DNA from: Octopus bimaculoides
Taxonomy: Eukaryota
NCBI RefSeq assembly: GCF_001194135.2
Contig: NC_068993.1
Coordinates: forward strand, 47,939,720-48,003,136
Length of the DNA stretch: 63,417 nucleotides
Reading direction: 5' to 3'
A model generated the notes under the pieces. The model saw only the letters and a program-made list of their open reading frames with translations. It did no database searches and was not told the origin of the DNA. Of this stretch, positions 51,402 through 63,330 are shown in pieces. How positions within the stretch are numbered: the first letter of the stretch is position 1; each line of letters begins with the position of its first letter. The translations under genes were made by a program, and so were the position numbers.

Positions 51402-51951
51402 CTGTGTAACACTAAGAAAGCAGTATTTCACAGCTTTGTCCAAGTTGAGTCTTAGAACTCTTGCTTGATTTGTGCAGAGAAAACGTGTAGTCCATACATG
51501 GTGAAATATGAAGCCAGTGGTGAATGAAACGAGGAACGAATTAACAACTGCACACTTGCTAGTTTTGCAAAGAAATAGCAGCTAAGTCACAATCGAATGG
51601 CGATATCATAATAAAAGAGATACTGTGTTATATATTGTAGCCCTTGTTACTCTTAACAAGATGCCATGATCGTAGACGTACATTTAACTGATATATTTTC
51701 TGGATGTTCTACACAAAAGTTAAACAACAAAAAAACATTGATCAGCAGCGCATTTTTCGTGTCTGTTTGCCTAATTGATTTATTAATTACTTGAAACTTC
51801 TCTCGGTATCTTAGCAACAGTTGAAATAAGAAGTCAACAGTTTGGCTTCTTTAATGATCACTATTAATGTGTGTATGTGTATGTGTATGTTTGTGTAGGT
51901 ATGTATATATATGTATACATATGTATTTATATACATCTATATGCATATACT

Positions 51952-51991
<40 letters not shown>

Positions 51992-52144
51992 AGTATATAC
52001 ATATATACATGAATCTTCACACACACACACACATATATGTATATACAATTTTTTGCGCTTATTTATTTCTGATTTAAAATTTGAATTGGTGGTAAATTAC
52101 TTTAATATTGCTAGACGATTTTAACTATAAAATATTTCTTAGGT

Positions 52145-52362
52145 TGAGGGCGTTGAGCTGGCAGAATCGTTAACACGGTGGGAAAAATGCTTACAGTGTC
52201 TTTTGTCCGTTGTTATATTCAGAGTTAAAACTCCGCCGAGGTCGACTTAATCGTTCATCCTTTCGGCGTCGATAAAACATATACAAGTAAAGGACTGGGG
52301 TGCCGACGTAATCGACTTATCCCACAGCGAACTTGATGGCCTTGTGCCAAAATTGGAAACCT
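52145..52362 (+). mobile_element. Family A SINE
   Basis: GAGCTGGCAGAATCGTTAACAC...GCCGAGGTCGAC...GGCCTTGTGCCAAAATTGGAAACC. Confidence 0.85.
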
Positions 52363-52744
52363 ATATTTCATAGGTTGATAACGGTGGGATTGTAGAAATA
52401 TTTGAACGAAAAAATATAATGCATTATCGCATCTAGTTTTTCCTTTTTTTTTTTTTGTTTTTTCGTTGACCTATCTACATGATAGGAATCTATCCATGCT
52501 GGGGGCACCGCCTGCAAAGTTTTAATCAATGGTTTCACAACCATTTTTCATCTATAGACCCATTTGTTTACTATTTTATTTTGATGAACACACGTAGCCA
52601 TTCTACGTTTTAAAAAAAAACAGTTTTATAGAAACTTCTTTTAAGATTCGTATTTTGTTTTTCACGCATTAACTTGTGTAGGTTGTACTACGGAAAATGT
52701 TAGAGAAAGGAACCTGGCTGCTTCTGGCAATATATACCAATACA

Positions 52745-52975
52745 AAGGCAGCGAGTTGGCAGAATCGTTAGCATACCGAGCGAAATGCTTAGCGGTATTT
52801 CGTCTGTCTCTACGGCCTGAGTTCAAATTCCACCGAGGTCGACTTTGCTTTCATCGTTTCGGGGTCGATAAATTAAGTACCAGTTACGTACTGGGGTCGA
52901 TCTAATCGACTAGCTCTCTACTCAAGGCGCAAGGCCCTACGTTTTTGGGGAGTGGGGGGGGCAGTCGATTAGATA
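52745..52975 (+). mobile_element. Family A SINE (well preserved) followed by an inverted piece of its own tail
   Basis: AAGGCAGCGAGTTGGCAGAATCGTTAGCA...GATCTAATCGACT (to about 52915), then CAAGGCC...GGGGCAGTCGATTAGAT, the minus-strand tail. Confidence 0.85.
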
Positions 52976-53007
52976 GATACATACATACATCGACAGACAG
53001 ATAGATA

Positions 53008-53522
53008 ACTTTCTTTTATTAGCCACACAGGGCTGCACACAGAGGGGACAAATACAACTGTAGAGCTTTTCTTTAAAAATTTTTTTTTTTTAAAAAAGGC
53101 AAATCCGATCAAAAGGGATCGGTAGGGGCAAAAAGAAAATAATAAATAAAAAACGGGTATCGTATATCACAGAAAATGTCAATTGTGTAAAATGGGGTAA
53201 CATTAGGTTTATCCATGGAGAGAAAAGCCTACGGAAAAGACCATGGTAACCTCACCAGGGAATAGACACATTAAAATTTTTTTTCTTTCTCGATTTATAG
53301 GATCATGCTCAAAGAGGTATTGTCACTCGCACGCACCATCTTTGCTACATTCACCCACCTTTTAATGAAACTTTCACGAGACAAAAACTGTCTCTCTATT
53401 CTCACCTTCCTTTTCAAGTGATACTTGAAAAAGTTGATGAGCGATTGGCCAGAGAGGTAAGTTTTCGTCTCTAATCCTTTCGCTCGGGTCCACCACACAC
53501 ATTCTTTCACCATGGCCAAGAT
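53008..53522 (-). mobile_element. 5'-truncated Tx1/L1-like LINE 3' end (ORF2 C-terminus 53522-53295 plus 3' UTR)
   Basis: Open frame ILAMVKECVWWTRAKGLETKTYLSGQSLINFFKYHLKRKVRIERQFLSRESFIKRWVNVAKMV...* resembles the Tx1/L1 ORF2 tail (K..IW..R......F......ER......F..RW); the UTR ends CTGTGTGGCTAATAAAAGAAAGT before tetranucleotide repeats. Confidence 0.7.
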
Positions 53523-54299
53523 ACATACATACATACATACATACATACATACAAAAATCCATACATGCATGCATACATACATATATACAGAGGGAGTAGG
53601 GATAATAGATAGAATAATATATAAATCTAATAATAGACAGGCAGGGAAACAAACAGTGAGATAGAGAGAAAAAGAGACTCACTGAGACAGAGAACTGCTG
53701 TTTGTTGGTTTATATCAATATATAAATGTGTTTGTGTGAGTGAAAGGCTAAAGTGACAAATATCTAAAATTCTAAATAAATCTGGTATTTAAACGTGGAA
53801 GAAATTGTGTCGTTGGTGGCTTATGAGAGAGAAAATCTTCTTTCGGGATACATAACGGGTTTAGTGGTTACATGTTTTGCAAACTACATTTCTATCACCC
53901 TTCCTTTTCCTCTAATTATCACATTTCAGGCCCATTAGGTATACAGCTGCTATTATAGTTAGACGCTCGTTTAAAAAGAATGATATTGGATTCATTGCCA
54001 AACGGAGAGAACTGAGAGTTGATAACGACTACTAAAAGCCATGGCGTGGGGAAATAATGACACAGGATTAACGTTGGGAATAAAGACAAAATCGAAAAAG
54101 TAAATAATGCGATAATGCGTAATGAAAACTGAACGTACTACGGTGAAAACAGTCACAATTATATACACACTCATGTAAAACTTAAAGCAATCGGTAAATG
54201 GATCTTCGTCAGTTTTGCCGATGAATTTTCCAGTTATTCAATCTACTGGGCTACTTATCTACTCACTGAATGGACGTGTATGTGGTGGAGTATTCCACA

Positions 54300-54587
54300 G
54301 TGTGGTTATACTTGTAATTCTCAAAAGCAGAATTAGCTTTTTCACAATATTGGATAGAGTGGGTCACATGCGGCGATGTAATGTTCCATGACAAAAATCG
54401 AAGACTACAGCATGCACCTGATCACAAAAAACACAAACTTCACAACATGTGTAGTAAACACAGTGATGTCAATCGGCACACTGCCTCATGAAGGTCACTG
54501 CTAGTTCTCATTGCCCACTCGACCATGTGCCGCCATCTGTTGACATGTTACAGAACTAGTCCAGGGACATTTTGATACCACCCTGTA
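54300..54587 (-). mobile_element. Possible mariner 5' end remnant (single TIR)
   Basis: Reverse strand begins TA CAGGGTGGTATCAAAATGTCCC (Tc1/mariner-type terminus after TA) with internal AGATGGCG; no partner TIR or clear transposase found. Confidence 0.35.
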
Positions 54588-55659
54588 CATTTATTCATAT
54601 ATACGTGCATACATGAATATATACATATATAGATTTACGTGTAAGAAATAGAGTGTGTGAGTGAGTGAGTGTGTGTCTGTGTGTCTGTGTGTATCTCTGT
54701 GTGTGTCTGTGTGTGTGTGAGTGTGTCGAAGGAAGTAACTTTAAAAAAATGACGGGCATACTAATTTCGTTATGATTTTTTGTGAGAAGTCTTATAATAT
54801 GATATTGGCACTGGAATTAGGAATAAGTAAGGAGTATAATTTTTGTGGCGCTATCACGTATGAATTTGCTAATAGGAAAATTGAAGACCTTAAATTAAAG
54901 AATAACGATTAAAGTTAAACAATTACATGGAAATGAAATGCATAAAAGGGTCAATTGTATAACTCAGCATTTTTGGTTACCGAAGTTATATACCACAGCA
55001 CCAAAAGTTAGATTCATAGCAAGGACTACTGAAAATACAAGTAAAGTAATAACGATTTTAGTTATTAATGCGTTGAAATTTATAAGGACGAATTTTGTTT
55101 GATATTGCAATGCCAATTGCAAGAGTTCGGGAGTTAGTTTCATGTGGTGTATCAGATGTTGCTCAGAATTCTTAGGAAGACTTGTTTTGCACCTTGCGAC
55201 TTAAGTCAATGTTTCCGTATGATTTTTCTATAATACATTCTAATCTAAAGTAAAAACTAGTGGAGATGAGTATGTTTAAGTTAATAGTAGAAATAAATAT
55301 AAGTATATATGTGACTTAACAATGGTGAAGTGTTCTTTTTATTTAAAATAATATACATTGGCTACATTAGCCTTAAAGAAAGATAAGCCGAAAGAGTTCA
55401 TCAGGTGTACCGTAAATAATGTAGATTTAGGAAGGTAGATTTTACCATTTGACAAATAGAGAACCTTAAATAATGCTACATAAAATATTTGGGGTTAATA
55501 TAACCTAATTTTTATTTAACCAAGTTGGTCTACACAAAGAAAGAACTTTACAGAGACAGAGAAGGGGTTAGGGAACGAACAATCAACAAGAAGTTAGACA
55601 TATAGTTAAAAAATAAATGAAAAAATATGAAATTCGAGTGAAGGACACGGCCATACTAA

Positions 55660-55840
55660 TATTCTTTTCTACAACAGGCACAAGGCTCGAAATTTTGTGA
55701 GAGGGTGGGGCAGTCGATTTGATCGACCTCAGTACGCAACTGGTACTTAATTTATCGACCCTGAAAGGATGAAAGGCAACATCGACCTCGGTGGAATTTG
55801 AACTCAGAACATAGAGACATTTCTGCCAGCTCGCCGCCTT
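55660..55840 (-). mobile_element. Family A SINE with internal deletion
   Basis: GGCACAAGGC...GTACTTAATTTATCGACCCTGAAAGGATGAAAGGC...GGAATTTGAACTCAGAAC...TTCTGCCAGCTCGCCGCCTT. Confidence 0.88.
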
Positions 55841-57270
55841 TGGAGTTAATATAACAGATAGGAATATCTCTTATGATTGAAACCAATATGGAAAAATGAA
55901 TGAAAAAATTGGCATGGAACTACATATGAGAATGTGTGACAAGGCAGATTATTAATACAAAAGTATGGTCAAGAAAAACATTCTTGTATTTGCAAAGAAA
56001 ATGAAGCATTTTGATTTTGAAGGGAAGTGTAATTGGATAAACAGACTGAAAGGAGAAAGAAGGAACGGCACATGGAATGGAATCTGATAGAATCAAAGAA
56101 ATAATCTGTGGTATATCTCACAACAGACAAACTAAAGCTTAAGCGGTTTTAAGATAAAACTATTGAAAGCTGAGCTTAGATGGCAAAGAATTGCAATCGC
56201 TGCTTTATCTCTCAATTAGATTGCCGAAAAATACGTTGCGTCATTACATGATAAAACAAGGATTAGTTGGAAAATACAATGACTAAAGAAATCATGATAC
56301 GGTACATCTAAACGCTTGAGATGCCAGGCAGATTTCCGTCGAATTTCATAATACTGGTAAACAGATTGAAGAACACAGTAAATTTAATGATCCTGGATGT
56401 GTAGAATATGTACGGCGAAAAGTGATAAATGTTAATGGTCACCACAAGAACGTCATTGAAAACAAATCTAGGAGATCACAGCTGACGAGAGCAACGGGTA
56501 GGTGCAGAGAATACATATAGACAGATTAAATATTATTATACATACATACGTTCATGTGTATATATATATATATATATATATATNNNNNNNNNNNNNNNNN
56601 NNNNNNNNNNNNNNNNNNNNNNNNNNNNNNNNNNNNNNNNNNNNNNNNNNNNNNNNNNNNNNNNNNNNNNNNNNNNNNNNNNNNNNNNNNNNNNNNNNNN
56701 NNNNNNNNNNNNNNNNNNNNNNNNNNNNNNNNNNNNNNNNNNNNNNNNNNNNNNNNNNNNNNNNNNNNNNNNNNNNNNNNNNNNNNNNNNNNNNNNNNNN
56801 NNNNNNNNNNNNNNNNNNNNNNNNNNNNNNNNNNNNNNNNNNNNNNNNNNNNNNNNNNNNNNNNNNNNNNNNNNNNNNNNNNNNNNNNNNNNNNNNNNNN
56901 NNNNNNNNNNNNNNNNNNNNNNNNNNNNNNNNNNNNNNNNNNNNNNNNNNNNNNNNNNNNNNNNNNNNNNNNNNNNNNNNNNNNNNNNNNNNNNNNNNNN
57001 NNNNNNNNNNNNNNNNNNNNNNNNNNNNNNNNNNNNNNNNNNNNNNNNNNNNNNNNNNNNNNNNNNNNNNNNNNNNNNNNNNNNNNNNNNNNNNNNNNNN
57101 NNNNNNNNNNNNNNNNNNNNNNNNNNNNNNNNNNNNNNNNNNNNNNNNNNNNNNNNNNNNNNNNNNNNNNNNNNNNNNNNNNNNNNNNNNNNNNNNNNNN
57201 NNNNNNNNNNNNNNNNNNNNNNNNNNNNNNNNNNNNNNNNNNNNNNNNNNNNNNNNNNNNNNNNNNNNNN

Positions 57271-57345
<75 letters not shown>

Positions 57346-57349
<4 letters not shown>

Positions 57350-57434
57350 TACAAAAGACAAAGACAGGTGGTGTAGACAAAAAAACAGATATATTAGTTT
57401 AACGCTCGGGAAGTGAAAAAATCTTTAACTTTTC

Positions 57435-57435
<1 letters not shown>
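57346..57435 (-). mobile_element. Family H PLE-terminus-like repeat, copy 2 (truncated at the GAAA)
   Basis: GACAGGTGGTGTAGACAAAAAAACAGATATATTAGTTTAACGCTCGGGAAGTGAAAAAATCTTTAACTTTTCGA, between (GA)n and (GATA)n; aligns with 28190-28318. Confidence 0.65.
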
Positions 57436-57467
<32 letters not shown>

Positions 57468-58692
57468 ACAGAAAGGAACGGATAGTTGAATGCAAAACCT
57501 GTATAGGAATATAGGTAGACATTTAGGAAACCTGACACAATGGTGTAGAATTTATTTATTTATTTAATCATTTACTTATACCGAAGAAACAACAACGGCA
57601 GACGAAAATAAGGAAGAATACTAAACAGCAAAACCAACGTTTACCAAACATAATCCAGTACCCACTGATTGGTTAGGTCAAACAACAATATAGAAAAAAA
57701 GCTGAAGTAGTAGTAGTAGTAGTAGTTCTATCTATCTTTATGTTTCAAGCTTATTTTTGCAACTATCGACCCTGCTTGGGGGCCATTTTGTGGGTCTTTC
57801 TCTCGCAATTTTTTTTTTCTGTTTCATTCTTGACTTTCAGCGTTCAAACGGTACGTCTTTCGTAAAATAAAAGAGTATTTCGAGATCAAATGGAAATAGA
57901 AGCGACAATACATTGACGTATTTCTTATTATGTTTTATTTATTTTCAAACTTTCGTTTGATTAACTCTTTCACTTCAGTGAGTAAGTTTTTGCTTAATAT
58001 AACTCTCTCAGTGTGTTCACACATAGAACAGGTGTTTGAAGTTTCTGTTACTGCTGTTATGGACTAAATAATTCCTTGGATTTCTTCTATTTTACTCATA
58101 TTTCTTTTTTCGTTTTATGAATGTTTATTATAGTTACAGTAGTGTTTTCTGCTAATATTATTAATAATGTTTCTTACTGCTGATAACGCTAACCATTGTC
58201 GCTACTGTTATGGCCTACGTGGCTGCTGATTTTTCCTGATGCGGTTTTCTTTGTGTCATTTTTACTTTGATGTTAATTCGTATCATCTACATTATATACA
58301 TACATATATCCATACACAAACACACACATATGTATATATATATATNNNNNNNNNNNNNNNNNNNNNNNNNNNNNNNNNNNNNNNNNNNNNNNNNNNNNNN
58401 NNNNNNNNNNNNNATATATGTATACATATATATATATGTATGTATACATATATATATATATATGTATATATATATATGCGAACATACATACATACATACG
58501 TACATGCATACGTACATACATACATACGGCGGTATTCTATTTTAGCCCTTTTTGTTTATATCATCAAAGCAAGTTTTGCTTTCGTCTAGTTAAAAGAAAT
58601 TTCAAATTTTAGCATCCAGTATATAAGTATGTGTGTGTGTGTCATCATGTATAAATGTGTATGCTTGTGCTAGCGTATATATAGATATATGC

Positions 58693-58723
<31 letters not shown>

Positions 58724-58725
58724 TG

Positions 58726-58766
<41 letters not shown>

Positions 58767-58847
58767 GCATAGATGACTATACACATAATTATACGTAAAT
58801 ATATAAGATATATATATATGCGTATATATATGTTTGTATACCTTCCT

Positions 58848-58907
<60 letters not shown>

Positions 58908-59059
58908 AAATGTATGAGCGTGCGCGCGCATGTGTGCCGGTGTGTATTGTTTTTTGGTTTTTATATTATAAAACGCTTTTACATTAAATTTAAGTAGAGT
59001 TCAATACATTTGGCAGTGTACAATTTTATTATTCTTTAACAAGAAAAAAAAAATGTCAG

Positions 59060-60410
59060 TGACTTCAGTGCTTCGGCCAGCGAAGCCACCATTGGGCTGT
59101 AATTCATCCAATCATTCAAATCACTTATGGCTTTATATAGTCTATGTATAGTTAATTTTTTCTATAATAACTTGAGTTCTGTTAAATGGGAATTATGCTG
59201 CATCGTAGGCAGTGGTGCCAAAATGGAATGGAAAAGTCTTATTTATTAAATTTGAGGAAATGCTAATGATTAGAATTCATTCAAGCATGTAGTCTTGTAA
59301 TTAACTGTGTATGTTTAGGTGTGACATTTTCTCATCACAGGAGTTCACAAAAGTAAATAAGCAGTTTGTTGGGCATCAGGTCTGTCATTTTGTTTTGTTG
59401 TTATTGGATTTATTTAGATATTAATTGGACAGTTTTGGTTTTGAGGATGCGACGTTTAAATCTTAGAGTTCAGTCCCTTGTTTTGAACATGGTGTCTAGG
59501 TGTGCTATTTGATATGTCAGTTTATTGTGTGTTTGATGTCTATGATTCCACAGACGTATGTAAGTAGGTGGTAAGTTCTAGTTAGGTGGCAGATTAGTAT
59601 CATGTATGTGTTTTCTTCTGTTTAAAATGGGATGGTTTTGGTTAGCATCTTAGCATGTCACAGTTATATTAGTACGGACATTTTCTTAGTCAGATGTTTT
59701 AATGTTCACAAGTGTATGTAGGTCGATTGAAAATTTCTTGGTCAGAAAATTTGTCCATAGTGGAGGCACAATGGCCCAGTGGTTAAGGCAGCGGACTCGT
59801 GGTCGAACGATCGCGGTTTCGATTCCAAGACCGGGCGTTGTGTGTGTTTATTAAGTGGAAACACCTAAAAGCTCCACGAGGCTCCAGCAGGGGATGGTGG
59901 CAACCCCTGTTGTACTTTTTCGCACCAACGTTCTCTCACTCTTTCTTCTTGTTTCTTAAGTATCGCTGCGATGAACTGGCGTCCCGTCCAGCTGGGAGGA
60001 ACATATACATCATAGAAACCCGGAAACCGAGGCCATGATCCCCCTATGTTGATGGGTGCGGGGGTGAACCTGATAATTTTTCGCTTTTTCTATTCTAATC
60101 TTTATTCATTTATTGTTGGTGCGTTGTTGTTTATATATACTGTATTTTCTTGTATCTCTTATTATTGAGAATGTTATTATAAGCGGTTGCCATATCGAGG
60201 AACATTTTTTTTTTAGAAGATAAAAAGTAAGTCTAAGAGAAATGTTCGTTACTGGAGTTTTATTTATCCATTTGGAATGGTTGAAATGCCTGTGTATATA
60301 TTAGATCTTTACTTTTTCTTTCTTGTTGGGTTTGTAGTTACTGCATATCAAATCGAGGGTAACGTCGAGAAATGTAACAGATTTTAGTTGTACTTCTACT
60401 GTGATGCAAA
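59060..60410 (-). mobile_element. Second-lineage Penelope-like element remnant (RT C-terminus to 3' end), interrupted by a SINE
   Basis: 60410-60050 reverse: ITVEVQLKSVTFLDVTLDLICSNYKPNKKEKVKI*YIHRHFNHSKWINKTPVTNISLRLT..SSKKKMFLDMATAYNNIL...NRKRKIIRFTP, matching PLE IT.E..LK.VNFLDVTLDL....YKPY.K....P.Y.H..SNHP..I....P..I..RL..LSS....F......Y..AL...RNRKR.IIWFNPP. The 59760-59060 part is much more decayed (ENVRTNI, NCPIN, SIL) and lower confidence. Confidence 0.75.
59761..60037 (+). mobile_element. Family B-head SINE with an alternative tail
   Basis: TGGAGGCACAATGGCCCAGTGGTTAAGGCAGCGGACTCG...GGTTTCGATTCCAAGACCGGGC...; tail GAAACCCGGAAACCGAGGCCATGA. Confidence 0.88.
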
Positions 60411-60566
60411 AACCTAAGTTTCTAATATGTGTGTGTATGTCTGTGTATGGAGAGAGAAAGAGTGAGAGAGAGAATTAGATAGATTGTTAGACTCAAGCAT
60501 ATGCATACAAATATGTGAGTTTATATATATATATGTGTGTGTGTATGTGTGTGTGTATGTGTGTGA

Positions 60567-60628
<62 letters not shown>

Positions 60629-61504
60629 NNNNNNNNNNNNNNNNNNNNNNNNNNNNNNNNNNNNNNNNNNNNNNNNNNNNNNNNNNNNNNNNNNNNNNNN
60701 NNNNNNNNNNNNNNNNNNNNNNNNNNNNNNNNNNNNNNNNNNNNNNNNNNNNNNNNNNNNNNNNNNNNNNNNNNNNNNNNNNNNNNNNNNNNNNNNNNNN
60801 NNNNNNNNNNNNNNNNNNNNNNNNNNNNNNNNNNNNNNNNNNNNNNNNNNNNNNNNNNNNNNNNNNNNNNNNNNNNNNNNNNNNNNNNNNNNNNNNNNNN
60901 NNNNNNNNNNNNNNNNNNNNNNNNNNNNNNNNNNNNNATATATATATATATATATATATACATATTCACGCGCGTGCGTGTCTTTGTTCGTTTATAGAGC
61001 ATCCGAAGGTCAATGTTGACAACACTTTTGCAGATATGTGTGCTGCCACGCCGAGGAATTTAATTTTTTTTTAAATTGCGTGGAACAGCCGCGTAGTTAC
61101 TCGCGCATGCGACTCTCACTCCTCCCTACCATGAATGATCCCACCGACCAGGGCTGATTAATTTCTGCACCTCTGTTGACGAACTCAATCCCGTGAGAAA
61201 ACAAAGCGATATAAGAGACATCGCGAATTACATAGATGAAAAACAAAGTTGACCACAGCCGGATTTAAACCCCAAGGTTTTCTGCCTAACAGTCTAACAA
61301 CCCTGGCGAGTGTGTATATCTGTTGTTGTGTGTTCGGGACGCGAGCGGGTGAGTGTGCTTTTGTACGCGTGTGTGAATGTGTTTTTACTTATTGCCTGTG
61401 CAATAACATTGACTATCAAACAGTTAATTAGTAACCCAATGAATCATTTATTGATTATAATCAACAACTATTCACAAAGTAATAATATCGATGATTCTAA
61501 TGAA

Positions 61505-61716
61505 GACAGCGAGCTAAGAGAATCGCTATCGCGCCTAGTAAGGTGCTTGGCGGCATTTCGTTCGCCTGTATGGTTTTAGTTCACATTCTTTCGAGGTCGA
61601 CTTTGCCTTATATCCTTACTGAGCCGATGAGATAAGTACCAGCTAGGCACTGGAGTTGATGCCATCGACTTATCTCCAGGCCCGAAATTGCAGGTCTTGT
61701 GCCACACTTTGAAACC
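61505..61716 (+). mobile_element. Family A SINE, degraded
   Basis: AGCGAGCTAAGAGAATCGC...GAGGTCGACTTTGCC...GATAAGTACCAG...GGTCTTGTGCCACACTTTGAAACC. Confidence 0.8.
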
Positions 61717-62379
61717 GATACGAATGATTGTGATATACTTTATAACTTTTACGTATCAAGCACATCATATGTTGAATAACTCACGCTGTTGAATACTCAG
61801 TTTACTGAGTTATTTATCTTGTAGTGTTTTTCTTTTGATATTCTCTTTTCATCTTATAGACAAACTACGAAGAAAATATTTGCAGTAGTGTTTTAGAAAT
61901 TTAAATTTCTAGGCTAGGATATTTAGCGAAATAAATCATGAAACATTAGAATTACCATGCAGTTTTAGCTACTTTACTATCTATTCGTACGCTTTTTTTT
62001 CCACTTCCGCCATCCTTTACTTAAATATATGAAACTCACTTTTCAACAGCTGTATGAAGCCCATATCATCAGTTGTTTTGTTTTTAGGTTTATTTTTCTG
62101 CACTCATCCCGTCAAACGAATCTACATAAACGCCTGAGTCTCCTTTTAGGATTTATCAATAGAATTTCTGCTCAGTCTACAATTTTTCATACAATGGCTA
62201 CACATCATACATTCCATAATTCATGAAGACATCAGCCATATCATGCCATTCATTGCCTATAAAATAGAAACACAACGTTAGACTCTAAACATCAGACATA
62301 ATATACATCAGTCACAGTATAGCTATCAAAGACATTACACATCAAATATATTATTATCATTTCACAGTTGTCAAATATA

Positions 62380-62680
62380 TTATAAATCGATAATATTAAA
62401 GCTATTACACGCATTAAATATCAAGTGCATTTAAAGCTATCAGACGCATTACATCTCAGACATGTCAAAGATGTTATATAAAACTACACATAAAATATGT
62501 ATTAAACCACTCAAATATAACTCATATCAAATATATTAACGCCACCTCAAACGGAACAAAAGTAAAGATTTCTTTATATTTGTCACAGAGTTACTAAGAT
62601 GGAGTACAGAGGTTAACAACGAAGACACATCAACGAAGTTTTATATCAAGTCACTAAAAGAGAAATATAAGACAAATATC
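62380..62680 (+). mobile_element. Possible highly decayed PLE GIY-YIG remnant
   Basis: Patchy translated similarity (IKC..Y.THYI, QTCQR, KDFFIF, RLTTKTH) in the same order as the 33369-33687 endonuclease; needs many frameshifts. Confidence 0.3.
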
Positions 62681-63204
62681 TCTTTTATTCTTTCGCTTAT
62701 TTCGCTGATTGGACTGCGGCCATGCAGAGGCTTCGTCTTAAATTGTTTTGCCTATCAAATCAACCAGTTTTATTGCTCAATTATCTTCAACAAATTTAGG
62801 TAACTCATGCTATATACAGAGAAGGGATCCTCAAGGCGACGTTCGATCGGAATCATCTCAGTGACGCCTGACTCCAGAGAGAAATTCTGAACAAAACTCA
62901 ACAGCGGCACTCTAAAATATAAGCACCATCTTTTGCTTTTTCTGTTAAACTATATATGAAACATACATATATACCATTAATGTTCAGAATATGTCATCCA
63001 ATCTATGTGTATTACAAATTTTGTGAAAACAGTCTCGAAGTACCAGGGCTGTGTCTTTTGTAGAAGAGATATAACAGAAATTAACGTGAATGCCCACAAT
63101 GACATTTACAAACATACGCACACCTGTGTATGCGTATATGTATGCATGCCTTTATGCATATACGTATGTTCTCTCCTTGTTTCTCTCCTTGTTTCTTTCT
63201 GTGC

Positions 63205-63330
63205 TCCGTTCTTTTCAAGAGCATAGGCCCGAAACGTTAAAGATTTTCTCTATTCCAGAGCGTTATACTAATACATCTATTTGTTGTTTACACCACTTGT
63301 CTTCGTCTGTTGTTTTTTCGTGAATTCTCT
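63205..63330 (+). mobile_element. Family H PLE-terminus-like repeat, copy 3
   Basis: TTCTTTTCAAGAGCATAGGCCCGAAACGTTAAAGATTTTCTCTATTCCAGAGCGTTATACTAATACATCTATTTGTTGTTTACACCACTTGTCTTCG, ending at (TA)n. Confidence 0.65.

Noticed and set aside
55860-56500. Purine-rich stretch resembling a decayed LINE ORF
   Set aside because: No diagnostic RT or endonuclease motif recovered in any frame.
57800-57856. 10-nt microexon candidate (CTTTCAG|CGTTCAAACG|GTACGT)
   Set aside because: Not frame-preserving, no host gene known, and such signals are frequent in T-rich DNA.
59068-59090. GCTTCG..CGAAGC hairpin as a Helitron 3' end
   Set aside because: No properly placed CTRR-T terminus or 5' TC end; better explained by the PLE remnant it terminates.
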